Source: an uncultured Spirochaetota bacterium
GTDB taxonomy: Bacteria; Spirochaetota; UBA4802; UBA5550
Direction: 5' to 3'
Assembly: GCA_963827275.1 (NCBI GenBank)
Contig: CAWHAA010000010.1
Span: forward strand, 224,001-288,000
DNA: 64,000 nt
Within the stretch, counting starts at the first letter, position 1; the number at the start of each line of letters is the position of its first letter. Position numbers and translations under genes: made by a program. Shown here piece after piece: positions 50,475-60,758 of the stretch. Under the pieces are notes generated by a model. That model had not been told where the DNA came from. It was given only the letters and a program-made list of their open reading frames with translations, and ran no database searches.

Positions 50475-51583
50475 TTTGCCATGTCCTCGCCGATGATGAT
50501 CAATATATTGTGCAGCTGCGTATTGTCAATGTTATGATAGACGTTCTGGATACCGGTAAGCTCGGCGACCCTGTTGACGGCGGTGATATTTGCCCGCTTG
50601 TTGATGATGATCGACCGGTTCATCGTGTGGTACGGCGAGGTCCCGAACTCCATGACGTTGAGGCCCTCGCGGATCAGCCGCTCGCGCATCTTCCTGGCAA
50701 GGCCGGGGACATCGGTGCCGTTCACGATCTTTATCTTGATCGAAGCGTCGATTTCCTTCTCGCTTTTGTCCACGATAAGCTGCGCGAGAAACTCCTTTTC
50801 GTATATCCTGAAGGTGATATCGTCCATCGTGTAATAGCCGTCCTTGAAAAAACCGGGCAGGACCGTCGCCATCACATCGCCGTTCTTGAAAATGATCTCG
50901 CCGATCCGGAGCATCTCTTGAGGAAGCATGTTGGTTTTCATGGATTTCATGAGCTCGGTGACAAAAGCCAGTGCATTGAAGCGCTCCAGGCGCTCCCGGT
51001 CGCTGTAGAGCGTCATCAGGACGTCAAGGATGCGGTCGTACTTCAGGTATATTGAATTCTCCTCGACCTCGTTGATATACCGCATGACCTTCCGCCCGTC
51101 GAAGTAGTTGACTCCGTGGCTCCTGGCGGGCCCGTCCCCGGCCTGGTCGAGGACAAACAGGTCCACCCCCTCCAGCATATTGACGATCCGCTCGACGTCG
51201 GCCGCGTACACCTCGGCGTAAAACGGGATGGTAAGCTTGAGGTCCCGCTGGAGCGAATACCGGAGGCTGTTGAAATTGAAGACCACCATCTCGTCGATGC
51301 GGGCGGTGTTGTCGCCGTCCTCGTCAAGGCGGATCCTGAATTCCGGGGGGATGAAGGTGATCCCGATCCGGTGGTTGTCCGGGTTGATGCTCACAATGGA
51401 GAAAAACTTGTGCTTGTGGTCCTTCAGAACGTTGCTGCCCGCCACCAGTATATTGATGATCTTTTTCTTCTGTATCAGCTCTTCAACGGCGTTCCTGGTG
51501 CGCATCCCGTGGCAGTAATAGATGAAAGCTGATACGAGGGCCAGGAGGAGAAAGGAACCGATAATCAGTACTTTGCGCTTCAA
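50471..51583 (-). CDS. LCP-like protein with C-terminal LytR_C domain
   Basis: N-terminal TM, 'INILVAG', C-terminal 'IKIVNGTDVPGLA...IIIGED'. Confidence 0.8.
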   Translation of the reverse strand: MKRKVLIIGSFLLLALVSAFIYYCHGMRTRNAVEELIQKKKIINILVAGSNVLKDHKHKFFSIVSINPDNHRIGITFIPPEFRIRLDEDGDNTARIDEMVVFNFNSLRYSLQRDLKLTIPFYAEVYAADVERIVNMLEGVDLFVLDQAGDGPARSHGVNYFDGRKVMRYINEVEENSIYLKYDRILDVLMTLYSDRERLERFNALAFVTELMKSMKTNMLPQEMLRIGEIIFKNGDVMATVLPGFFKDGYYTMDDITFRIYEKEFLAQLIVDKSEKEIDASIKIKIVNGTDVPGLARKMRERLIREGLNVMEFGTSPYHTMNRSIIINKRANITAVNRVAELTGIQNVYHNIDNTQLHNILIIIGEDMAK

Positions 51584-52161
51584 TGTTCGTACAACCCCTT
51601 TTTCTTTATGTAATCAATCACCGCGTCGGGAAGAAGGAACCGCACCGACCTTCCGCCGCGCAGCCGCTCCCGTATGCACGTTGAGCTTATGTCGATGAGC
51701 GGGTTCTCCGCGTAGCTGATCCTGAAACCCTCGCCGCCCGCCGCGCCCGGTACGTCCTCCCCGGGACGCCGCATGACAATGAGGGACACGAGCTCCTTGA
51801 GCCTATCCGGCTCCCGCCATGTCCCGATTGTATTCAGCGTATCCGACCCGATGATCAGGCTCAGCTCGCTGCCCGGGTAACACCCGAGCAGTTCATGCAC
51901 GGTGGTTATTGTATATGAAGGCCCGTTCCTGTCAATTTCAATCCGGGAAACCTCGAATTCGGCGGCGCCCGCCACGGCGATGACCGCCATGGCGTAACGC
52001 TCCTCCGCCGGCGTTTCGCCGTCGAGCCGCTTGTGGACCGGATATTTCGCCGGCACCAGCACCACGCGGTCCAGGTTGAAGTCCGACCTGATTATTTCAG
52101 CATTGACAAGATGGCCGTAATGGATCGGATTGAAGGTACCGCCGAATATGCCCAGCTTCAC
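51580..52161 (-). CDS. nadD: Nicotinate-nucleotide adenylyltransferase
   Basis: 'GIFGGTFNPIHYGH', 'SYT', 'IIGSD', 'ISST'. Confidence 0.96.
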   Translation of the reverse strand: MKLGIFGGTFNPIHYGHLVNAEIIRSDFNLDRVVLVPAKYPVHKRLDGETPAEERYAMAVIAVAGAAEFEVSRIEIDRNGPSYTITTVHELLGCYPGSELSLIIGSDTLNTIGTWREPDRLKELVSLIVMRRPGEDVPGAAGGEGFRISYAENPLIDISSTCIRERLRGGRSVRFLLPDAVIDYIKKKGLYEH

Positions 52162-52164
52162 AGC

Positions 52165-53415
52165 TTACCGAACCTCACCCTTGCCGTAAACGACATATTT
52201 AAGGGTCGTGAGTCCCTCGACCCCCATCGCGCCGCGCGCGTGGAGCTTCTGGGTGGAAATCCCCACCTCCGCGCCAAGGCCGAACTCGCCGCCGTCGTGG
52301 AAGCGCGTCGACGCGTTTGCGAACACCGCGGCCGAATCGACCTCTGTCATGAAGCGCTCGACGTTCAGGTAGTCGTTTGAGACGATGGCCTCGGAGTGGC
52401 CCGATCCGTACCGGGCGATATGTTCCATCGCCTCGTCGAGCGAGCCGACGATCTTTACCGCGAGGACCAGGTCGAGAAACTCGCGGCCCCAGTCGTCCGC
52501 AGCCGCAGGCTTGATTTTCCCCGGCAGCAGCGCGGCGGTCTTCTCGCACCCGCGGATCTCGACATCGCGGTCAAGGAGGCTCTTCAGGAGCGATTCCTTG
52601 TGACCGTACCGTTCATGTATCAGCATGGCCTCCATGGCATTGCACACCCCGGGCCGCTGGACCTTCGCGTTCACCGCGATCCGGTTCGCCATCTCCTCCC
52701 CGGCGCTCTCGTCGATAAAAATATGGCATACTCCCTTGTCATGCTTGATGACGGGGACCGTCGATTCCTCGGTGACCGCCCGGATGAGGGCCTCGCCCCC
52801 CCGGGGGATCACTATGTCGATGTAGCGGTTCATCTTCAGGAGAACGGGCACCAGGCCGCGGTCGGTCCTGTCTATGAAGGTCACGGCGCTCCCGGGGCAG
52901 CCGAGCTCCGCGAGCGCGCCCCGCACTACCGCGTGGAGCGCCCGGTTCGAGTTGATCGCCTCTTTCCCGCCCCGGAGTATCGCGGCGTTGCCCGATTTGA
53001 TGCAGAGCGCGGCGATGTCCGTGGTGACATTGGGCCGGGCCTCGTATATGACCGCAACGACGCCGAGGGGGACCCGCATCTGGCCCACCCGTATCCCGGA
53101 GGGCCGCACCGTCATTTTCTCGATCCTGCCCACGGGATCAGGCAGATCGGCGATCTCATCGATGGACTTCGCCATCCCCTCTATCCGTTCTTTGTTCAGA
53201 AGCAGCCGGTCGTAGAGGGCGGAGCTTACGCCGTCCTTCTTCGCCTCAGCCAGGTCCTTCTGGTTCTCCGAAATGATGAAATCGGCCTTTTTCCTCAGGT
53301 CAATGGCGATTTTCCGGAGCAGGTTGTTCTTGCGGACCGTCGAATACGTGGCGATGGCGCGTGACGCCGCCCTTGCTTCACGGCACAGTCCCTCGATATA
53401 TTCCCTGTCTTCCAT
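52165..53415 (-). CDS. proA: Glutamate-5-semialdehyde dehydrogenase
   Basis: 'VPLGV...IYEARPNVT', 'PRGG', 'RPGVCNAME', 'NASTRF.DGGEFGLGAEVGISTQKLHARG'. Confidence 0.97.
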   Translation of the reverse strand: MEDREYIEGLCREARAASRAIATYSTVRKNNLLRKIAIDLRKKADFIISENQKDLAEAKKDGVSSALYDRLLLNKERIEGMAKSIDEIADLPDPVGRIEKMTVRPSGIRVGQMRVPLGVVAVIYEARPNVTTDIAALCIKSGNAAILRGGKEAINSNRALHAVVRGALAELGCPGSAVTFIDRTDRGLVPVLLKMNRYIDIVIPRGGEALIRAVTEESTVPVIKHDKGVCHIFIDESAGEEMANRIAVNAKVQRPGVCNAMEAMLIHERYGHKESLLKSLLDRDVEIRGCEKTAALLPGKIKPAAADDWGREFLDLVLAVKIVGSLDEAMEHIARYGSGHSEAIVSNDYLNVERFMTEVDSAAVFANASTRFHDGGEFGLGAEVGISTQKLHARGAMGVEGLTTLKYVVYGKGEVR

Positions 53416-53491
53416 AATACATACTCCGCTGAACTAGTCATTATATAGTGAATTCACGGCAAGAAGAATCGTGTCCCTGCCGGCGCAACCG

Positions 53492-54037
53492 TCAAAACCG
53501 CACATCGCTGTCGAACTCGCGGCCCTCGTACGGCAGGAGGCCGGCGCCAACCCTGTTCTCCTTGATGAATTTCAGGTAAAAGTCATTGCTGACGCGCCTC
53601 ATGAGCTCCAGGATCCGCCTTTTTTCCTGGTGGCTGCTTTCCGGAAAAACAGAGGCATAAAGCCGCAGCACGCCATCGGTGTCACCTGAACCTGCGGCAA
53701 TCCACGCGATGGCCCCGCGAACGGCGGGCTCTTTCTCAAGGCGGAACCGCTCGGCCAGGAATTCCAGGTTGATCATCCCGTTATCGGCGAGCCCGTAGTA
53801 CCCGCCCAGGCGGCTGTACGGGTTCCCGCTGTGTATCAGGGCGTGCACATCGTAAAACCGGTTGACCGGCCTTGAGAGGAGGAGCGGAAACCGCGCCTGG
53901 TCCAGAAGGAGGACCTCCATGAACCGGCCCCCCAGCCCGCGGCCGGCGAAGTACCCGCATGCCGCGAGTATGATACAGGCCCCGGTAAGGGCGGCGATGG
54001 CTCTTGTTACACGCATTGTCGCATCCATCAGATTCAA
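53492..54037 (-). CDS. Hypothetical protein (N-terminal TM, helical)
   Basis: 181 aa ORF filling the gap between proA and purC. Confidence 0.55.
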   Translation of the reverse strand: MNLMDATMRVTRAIAALTGACIILAACGYFAGRGLGGRFMEVLLLDQARFPLLLSRPVNRFYDVHALIHSGNPYSRLGGYYGLADNGMINLEFLAERFRLEKEPAVRGAIAWIAAGSGDTDGVLRLYASVFPESSHQEKRRILELMRRVSNDFYLKFIKENRVGAGLLPYEGREFDSDVRF

Positions 54038-54211
54038 TATGTATTATTATTAACCGAATAATCCTGTCAATTTATTATTTTAGGGGCGGCGGCATCACGA
54101 AAAAGCGGCACACCACCCGGGCAAAATAATGTGCCCGCCCTGCCGGTCAAAGTATCATTTTTCTTGACAAAATATGATAGTACCGGGCATTTACAGACAT
54201 TGGAGTTTTTT

Positions 54212-55099
54212 ATGGAACCTTTGATAAACATCAAGCTGCCGGGCGTTAAAAAAAGATACAGCGGCAAGGTCCGCGACCTTTACACCGTCGACAAGGAACA
54301 CCTCCTGATCGTTTCAACGGACCGGATATCAGCTTTTGACCACGTATTTCCCACGGGCATACCCGGGAAGGGAATAATATTGAATAAAATATCGAACCTG
54401 TGGTTCAAGAACATAAAGGTGATAAAAAACCATATCGTTGAAGACAACTTCAACAATTTTCCAAAGCCCTTCTGCAACTTCCCGGAGATGCTGAAAGACC
54501 GCGCGGTGATTGTCCGGAAAACCGAGCGTATCGACTTCGAGTGCATCGCGCGCGGCTACCTGATCGGGACCGGGTGGAAGGACTACAGGGAAACCGGCGC
54601 CGTATGCGGCATCACCCTGCCGCCCGATCTGAAGCTCGCCCAGAAGCTGGACGCCCCGCTCTTCACTCCGGCGACGAAGGAAGACTCCGGCCACGACCTC
54701 AATGTGCCGATGGACGTGATGCGGGCCCGCCTGGGGGAGGAACTCTCCTACCGCCTGGGCGAAAGCACCCTGCGCATCTACGAGTACGCCCGCGACCTGG
54801 TTGACCGCCAGGGGATCATCCTTGCGGACACCAAATTCGAGTTCGGGTTCGCCGATAACGAGATTATCCTGATCGACGAGGTCCTGACACCGGACAGTTC
54901 CCGTTTCTGGGACAAGGAGTCATACCGCGTCGGGACTTCGCCGGTGAGCTTTGACAAGCAATACATTCGCGACTATCTCGAGACGACCCCCTGGGACAAA
55001 AACTCTCCGCCGCCGCCCCTGCCGGAAGAGATTGTCTTTAAAACCATGGAAAAATACGAGGAAATCCTCAGCCGCATCGAAGCCATCTTCACGCGGTAG
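54212..55099 (+). CDS. purC: Phosphoribosylaminoimidazole-succinocarboxamide synthase
   Basis: 'SGKVRDLY', 'DRISAFD', 'ADTKFEFG', 'DEVLTPDSSRFW', 'SFDKQ'; ATG 54212 after GGAG. Confidence 0.97.
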   Translation: MEPLINIKLPGVKKRYSGKVRDLYTVDKEHLLIVSTDRISAFDHVFPTGIPGKGIILNKISNLWFKNIKVIKNHIVEDNFNNFPKPFCNFPEMLKDRAVIVRKTERIDFECIARGYLIGTGWKDYRETGAVCGITLPPDLKLAQKLDAPLFTPATKEDSGHDLNVPMDVMRARLGEELSYRLGESTLRIYEYARDLVDRQGIILADTKFEFGFADNEIILIDEVLTPDSSRFWDKESYRVGTSPVSFDKQYIRDYLETTPWDKNSPPPPLPEEIVFKTMEKYEEILSRIEAIFTR

Positions 55100-55260
55100 C
55101 CGCTGAACCCGGAACCTCCTTCTCAGACCGGGCCGACATGCCCCGGCCGCAGCCCCCGGCGGGGCGCCCTGCGTGATTTTTTATAGCGCCGGATTTGTCA
55201 GGACCGCGGATTTTTAGTATATTATTGCTGCAGGGACGCGCGTAGCGTATAATTAATAAT

Positions 55261-55287
55261 TCAGAATCTGGATCATTAATACGATAA
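55261..55287 (+). promoter_or_regulatory. Possible sigma28 (FliA) promoter
   Basis: TCAG-15 nt-TACGATAA versus consensus TAAA-N15-GCCGATAA, ~100 nt upstream of fliS. Confidence 0.35.
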
Positions 55288-55384
55288 TTACACTGGATGC
55301 ACTATGCTTCAATGACGTTATACCAGCGCTCGTTTCGGGAAGGGCATTTGCCGGGCCCTGCAACACTAACATCCGGGGGAATTG

Positions 55385-55819
55385 ATGGCACTGCCTGAGA
55401 AAAATCCTTTCAATGAATACAAGAAAACCCAGATCGCCACTGCGAACCAGGGCAAGCTGATCGTCATGCTGTATGACGGCGCGATCAAGTTTCTGAACAT
55501 CGCCATAGACAACATGAACCCGAAGACCTACGATATCGTCAACAACAACATCATCAAGGCCCAGGACATCATAACCGAGCTCCTCCTTTCGCTCAACATG
55601 AAGGACGGCGGCGAAATTTCGCAGAACCTTTTCAACCTCTACCTCTATTTCAAAAAGGCCCTGCTGGAAGCCAACATAAAGAAGGACGCGGCCCTGATAC
55701 AGGGCGTCATCAAGCTGTTAAAAGAGCTCCGCGACGCGTGGGACAAGATATCGGCCAACGAAACGGCTTCCGACAAGAGAAACATCGGGGCGAAGGGCAA
55801 CTTCAGCATTGAGGGATGA
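55385..55819 (+). CDS. fliS: Flagellar export chaperone FliS
   Basis: 'YKKTQIATANQGKLIVMLYDGAI...KAQDIITEL...LY.Y...LRDAW'. Confidence 0.95.
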   Translation: MALPEKNPFNEYKKTQIATANQGKLIVMLYDGAIKFLNIAIDNMNPKTYDIVNNNIIKAQDIITELLLSLNMKDGGEISQNLFNLYLYFKKALLEANIKKDAALIQGVIKLLKELRDAWDKISANETASDKRNIGAKGNFSIEG

Positions 55820-56273
55820 CGCACGCTCCATCGTCGCCGATCTCTCCCGCGCCTACGGGAAAAAGATCGAGCTGCTGCGCACCCTCCTCGCGAGCGAAAC
55901 CGACAAGCTCTACTACGAAAAATCCGGGAACCTCGACAGGGTCATCGAAATCATCCGTGACGACGCGCGGGTGATAGAAGAGGTTGACCTTGTCAATTAT
56001 GACATCGCTGAATCCGAAGGGGCCCTTTCTGCGCTTATCGGCGTAGCGCCGGGCGGGTTGTACGGCATGCTGGCCGGCTCCGTCGAGGCCCGCGACCTCC
56101 TCTCCCTGCGGAGCGAGTCGCGCAACGCGGTGGACCGCCTCGTCAGGGAGCGCACGGCCCTCATCGCGAGGCTGGAAGCGGCGTCACGGGGCGTGCACAC
56201 AAGCATCGACGAGCTGTCCCGCATCGGCAGGCTGAAGCGCGACGAGAACGGCGACCTGCCGCCGCTCGGGTGA
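55809..56273 (+). CDS. FlgN/FliT-like helical flagellar chaperone (putative)
   Basis: Coupled to fliS, coiled-coil-like, 154 aa. Confidence 0.55.
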   Translation: MRDDARSIVADLSRAYGKKIELLRTLLASETDKLYYEKSGNLDRVIEIIRDDARVIEEVDLVNYDIAESEGALSALIGVAPGGLYGMLAGSVEARDLLSLRSESRNAVDRLVRERTALIARLEAASRGVHTSIDELSRIGRLKRDENGDLPPLG

Positions 56274-56278
56274 CCCCG

Positions 56279-57178
56279 CTACAGGTCGACGATACTCTTT
56301 GACTTCAGAATTGTATCCCGCCGCCTGACCATCTCATCGTAATCAATCCGGTACCGTTTGTTCTTGTAATACCTGTTATAGGTCGAAAGGTATTTCTTTG
56401 AATGGAAATATTTACGCATCCGCTCCGAAACGTAAAAGACCTGCTCGGAGGGCGCGTAGGCCTGCGGCTGGTTCTTGTATTCCTCTATGATGGTCTGTGT
56501 AATGATGCCCCAGGAGATGTCGGCCAGCGAAAACTTCGCGAGGTCGCGCATGATCGCCCGCAAGATCCCCTCGTGCACCGGATTGAAAAACTTGAATTTC
56601 TTCGAATACATGAGCGCCCCGTGCATGTGATCGGGGATGTCCAGGAACCCGTCCTTGATGATCTCGCGCGCGACGACATGCATCATCTCGAAGCAGTAAT
56701 TCAGCGCCCCGAGCCCCGGCTTCTTCTGACCCGGCAGCTGGGGCTTGCCGCTCTCAAAGTCGTGCTGCGGGTTCTGGGCGGAGAGCCATTCGATGACGAT
56801 CATGTCATACGCCTGGTACGACGCGTCCTCGAAGAAGCTCCTGTCCGGCATGAAGCGCGATTCGCTCAGCCGCAGGTCGAGCAGCATGCTCTCCGGGCGT
56901 ACCTCGCGCGTATAGAGCTTCATGTAATGGACGTATGATTCGTCAACGTCGATCTCGACCTTCATGTCACGAAATCCCATTGACTCCAGGTGGCCGATCA
57001 GCCCTACCCGCCGCATGATGTCATGGAGGTCGGCGGCGGAAAAATTTCTGAGGAACAGCTTCTGCCTCCGCCCGGCCTGGTCGGGAATCGCCAGGTTGAA
57101 ATCGAACGAGCCCATCTCCTTTTCGAGCGCGGTGCTGAAATCCATGGGCTGGAGGAACTTTGACATCTTGTTTTTCAC
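56279..57178 (-). CDS. Conserved hypothetical protein (YkwB-like 'EWL..QNP...LPGQ..PGLG')
   Basis: Motif 'IEWLSAQNP...PQLPGQKKPGLG'; family assignment from recall only. Confidence 0.6.
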   Translation of the reverse strand: MKNKMSKFLQPMDFSTALEKEMGSFDFNLAIPDQAGRRQKLFLRNFSAADLHDIMRRVGLIGHLESMGFRDMKVEIDVDESYVHYMKLYTREVRPESMLLDLRLSESRFMPDRSFFEDASYQAYDMIVIEWLSAQNPQHDFESGKPQLPGQKKPGLGALNYCFEMMHVVAREIIKDGFLDIPDHMHGALMYSKKFKFFNPVHEGILRAIMRDLAKFSLADISWGIITQTIIEEYKNQPQAYAPSEQVFYVSERMRKYFHSKKYLSTYNRYYKNKRYRIDYDEMVRRRDTILKSKSIVDL

Positions 57179-57246
57179 GCGTATACTCCAGGGGTTGTAG
57201 TGCGCGTTATGCGATTCACGCGCCAGGACGGCGATGTGTCCGGCAC

Positions 57247-58113
57247 TTACTGCCAGCGCTCGTTGTTGTACACAAGCCGGACCTGGTAAAAAAAGTCGTG
57301 TATGCTGCTATGGTCGATCGACGGCACCACGAGAAGCCGCACGAACCTGTCATAGTTGCGCACCTGGAGCAGCGCGCGCTTGTAGAAGTCATCCAGCTTT
57401 TCCCCGATAATGATCAGCCGGGCGTTCGACCTGATGTACTCCTCGAGGAGCATCCCCGGCTCGGTCACCGACACCACGTCCTCGGTCGGTATGAAATCAG
57501 GCGCGATAATATTGCCCGGCTCCTGGCTGCGGGCCACGATCAGCGAAATGAGGTCGGTGTTGATCTTGAACCGCTCGATATATTCCTTCTGCCGCGCCAC
57601 CTTGAGGTCCACGAATATGATGATGGCCACCTCTGAATTCCGGTAGCGGAACACCTGGTTCCTGTCGAATTCCCTCTTGAGATTGTTCCATTTCTTGAAA
57701 TCGAGCGGCTCGTTGTGGCGGAGCAGGATGATGCGCTTTCCGAGCTTCGGGTCCACGCCGTATACTTCGCCCACCATCCTGACATAGCGCTTCCGCTTCG
57801 ACTGGGCGCTCGCGTCGCGCAGCTCCTCGAGGAGCTTGTCCATCTCGCTCATCCGGCCGCCGCCGTAGGGCTTCCTGAACTCAACCGGGAATTCCTTCGA
57901 GAGGAGCTCGTACAGGGAGGGGGTGCAGAAGACCTCGATCTCCTTCAGCTCGTTTTCCTCGAGCTTCGGCAGGTGGGCCGGGAGGACCAGGTCGGTTGAG
58001 AGATAGCAGTTCCCATTGATGAGGATGTCGTCGAAATACTTGATTTCGATGCCGTCACCATGCTTTTCAAATAGATGAGATAATTGCTGCAGTGTCAGCT
58101 TCATATCAATCAC
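57247..58113 (-). CDS. Hypothetical protein downstream of prfB
   Basis: 288 aa ORF with host-like codon use. Confidence 0.7.
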   Translation of the reverse strand: MIDMKLTLQQLSHLFEKHGDGIEIKYFDDILINGNCYLSTDLVLPAHLPKLEENELKEIEVFCTPSLYELLSKEFPVEFRKPYGGGRMSEMDKLLEELRDASAQSKRKRYVRMVGEVYGVDPKLGKRIILLRHNEPLDFKKWNNLKREFDRNQVFRYRNSEVAIIIFVDLKVARQKEYIERFKINTDLISLIVARSQEPGNIIAPDFIPTEDVVSVTEPGMLLEEYIRSNARLIIIGEKLDDFYKRALLQVRNYDRFVRLLVVPSIDHSSIHDFFYQVRLVYNNERWQ

Positions 58114-58126
58114 TTGCCCCGGTGCG

Positions 58127-59260
58127 TCAGAGCTGCGTTGTCTCCTGCTCGCCTGTCCGCTTGCCCCTTAAAAAGGCGTAGATAAAACGGTCGATGTCAC
58201 CCCCGAAGACATAGTCGATGCTCCCCGTCTCTTCACCCGTCCGGTGGTCCTTCACCAGGGTGTACGGCTGGAAGACATACGACCTGATCTGGTGGCCCCA
58301 GGAGATGTCCTTTTTCTGCCCGATCTTTTCCTGCTGCTTCTCCTCGAATTCCCGCTTCCTCAATTCGTAAAGCCGCGACTTGAGCACCTTCATCGCGAAC
58401 GATTTATTTTTATGCTGTGAGCGCTCGTTCTGGCACTGGGTAACGATACCGGTCGGGAGGTGGGTTATCCGCACGGCCGAATCTGTCTTGTTGACATGCT
58501 GGCCGCCCGCGCCTGAAGAACGGTACGTGTCGATACGGAGGTCGGATTCCTTTATCCCGATGTCGATGTCCTCCGCAACTTCAGGGGCGACCTCCACCGA
58601 CGCGAACGACGTATGCCGCCTCTTGTTCGCGTCAAACGGCGATATCCGTACCAGCCGGTGTATCCCCCTCTCGCACTTCAGCAGGCCGAACGCGTAGTCG
58701 CCCTTGACGAGCATGGTGGCGCTCTTGATTCCCGCCTCCTCGCCCGGGGTGTAATCGACGACACTCACTTCGAACCCCTTCTGCTCTCCCCAGCGGAAAT
58801 ACATGCGAAACAGCATGTTGGCCCAGTCCTGGGATTCGGTGCCTCCCGCCCCCGGGTGAATCGTGACGAAGGCGTTGTTCGCGTCATCCTCTCCCGAGAG
58901 CAGCTCGAGGGTTTCAAGGGATTCGAACTTTTTCCTGAAATCGTCGATCTTGCCCGATAGCTCGTCCAGCACGCCGGTGTCCCTGTCCTGGAGGGCCATC
59001 TCGAAGAGCTCGTCAGCCTCCTGCACCGTGCTCATCAGGCTGTCAAACGGCTCGATGCGCCTCTTGAGATTGCTGATCTCCCTGTTCGTCCTGGTAAAAA
59101 GCTCCTTGTCCTGCCAGAACTCTTCTTTCTGGGTCTGTTCCTGCAGCTCGGCGGCTTTTTTCTTCAGCGCGTCGATATTGACCGAAGCATAGAGCTCCTG
59201 AAGCATCCCGGCGACATGCTTCAGTTCCCGCTGGTATTCCCGATAATCTTTCTCTTCCAA
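58127..59260 (-). CDS. prfB: Peptide chain release factor 2 (no internal frameshift)
   Basis: 'GAGGTESQDW', SPF motif 'RISPFD', GGQ 'GAGGQHVN', 'WGHQIRSYV'; likely TTG start 59260 after GGTGGAG. Confidence 0.96.
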   Translation of the reverse strand: MEEKDYREYQRELKHVAGMLQELYASVNIDALKKKAAELQEQTQKEEFWQDKELFTRTNREISNLKRRIEPFDSLMSTVQEADELFEMALQDRDTGVLDELSGKIDDFRKKFESLETLELLSGEDDANNAFVTIHPGAGGTESQDWANMLFRMYFRWGEQKGFEVSVVDYTPGEEAGIKSATMLVKGDYAFGLLKCERGIHRLVRISPFDANKRRHTSFASVEVAPEVAEDIDIGIKESDLRIDTYRSSGAGGQHVNKTDSAVRITHLPTGIVTQCQNERSQHKNKSFAMKVLKSRLYELRKREFEEKQQEKIGQKKDISWGHQIRSYVFQPYTLVKDHRTGEETGSIDYVFGGDIDRFIYAFLRGKRTGEQETTQL

Positions 59261-59437
59261 AACAATCAAACTCCACCATACAGACGGGCGCACCTTAACA
59301 TTCCGTTGGTTCACACAGGCACAGCACGCGTGATACGGCAGTTTCACCCCGATTCTTTATAATTATCTGCTATATAAATACAATTCGGTCAACAAAATAA
59401 AAATTCTTGATAAATTATTTTTAACAGTATGGCGTTC

Positions 59438-60581
59438 TCAGCGGAGGAATTCCCCGCCGAGATGTTCGGCAAAGGCCCGCTCGAGGTCATCGGAGGAATG
59501 ATATTCGACATTGAACACCTCTTTCCATACGTCTTCAGTCTCCATGCAGAGGTACACGAAGGGCCGGGCGGAATATGACCTGATGCGGCCGAGAATCGCG
59601 CGATAGGCCGCGGTCCTGTTTTTTTTCTGGTAGCGGAACTTGCCGTCCGGGCCGGGAAACATCTCCGCTGCCGTGAGGGCCTGCCCCGGGAACACTTCGC
59701 GGATGATCTCCCTGAACCCGGGGCTGTACCTGAAGCACCCCAGGGATATCCAGGCGACGCGGCCGGGATCGACAGCGCCGAACAGGCGATCGACAATGCC
59801 GAGGTAATCATCGATCCACCCGTCGCTCATTATTATCGGGTCGAAATGAAACGCCGTCAGGTACCCCGCCCGGCACGCTTCCGCCGCTGCGGCGATCCGC
59901 CGGTCAAGGTCGGCCGCGCCCTCCTCATAGAGGACGATATTCCGGGGTGTGTTCAGGCTCCACGCGAGGACCGCGTTTCCCTTCTCCCTGATGTCCAGCA
60001 GGTGCCCCACGCTGCATGATTTTGTCTTGAGCTCCAGGAAAAGCGAGCGGTGGCGCGAGGCTTCGGCAATCAGGGACGCGCCGAGCCCGGTCACCTCGTC
60101 GACGCATCAGCGAGTCCGTATATTCGCCGGTCCCCACCCTGATGACGTCTGCGCCGGCCGGGCTCAACTTCGCCAGGTCCTGGAATGATATTTCAATGTT
60201 AATGAATTGCGTGATGCCGAATGAATTGAGATAATAATTCAGGTAGCAGTAGGTGCAGTTATAGAGGCAGTTGAAGCCGGTGTTGAGAAGGAGATAATTG
60301 CAGCAGATCATGCCGGGCGAGCCGGGACATTTCTGGGACAACCGCCCCAGGAACCGCTTCAGGATAACGACTTCTTTTGAAGCAAGGCCGCGGTTTTTCA
60401 ACGATTCAACCGCGCGGTCCATCTCATCTTCAGTGCCGCATGCAACGGCGTCCTTCCCGCCAAGGCCCAGGAACCTCCGGACCATGGGGTTGTCCCGGTC
60501 CGACGCGAGATAGACGATAGCCTTGATGTCATCGATGGTCTTCACCGGGCGACAGTAGCGCGGCGCCGGGGCGGGTGTCAA
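59438..60581 (-). pseudogene. Spore-photoproduct-lyase-family radical SAM protein, frameshifted at ~60101-60104
   Basis: 'CLYNCTYC', 'RVGTGEYTDSL', then in the next frame 'DEVTG...LELKTK...AWSLN...FHFDP...WISLG...YLCME'. Confidence 0.8.
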
Positions 60582-60758
60582 TACTTATAACTTAACTCGG
60601 GGGAGGAGGTGGGTTTTCTCCCGGCATAATTGGGGCATTCAACCATGAAAAGCGTATTCTGCGATAATTCAAGAGCAGGGAGCGGAGTATCTCACCGGTC
60701 GATGTATTGACCAACTCTCTCGAGCCAAAGAGGTTCACATGGGGGTTGTAACTCCGGG

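Noticed and set aside
60640..60750. Possible decayed RAYT transposase fragment
   Set aside because: Similarity is too weak to support by eye; needs TBLASTX
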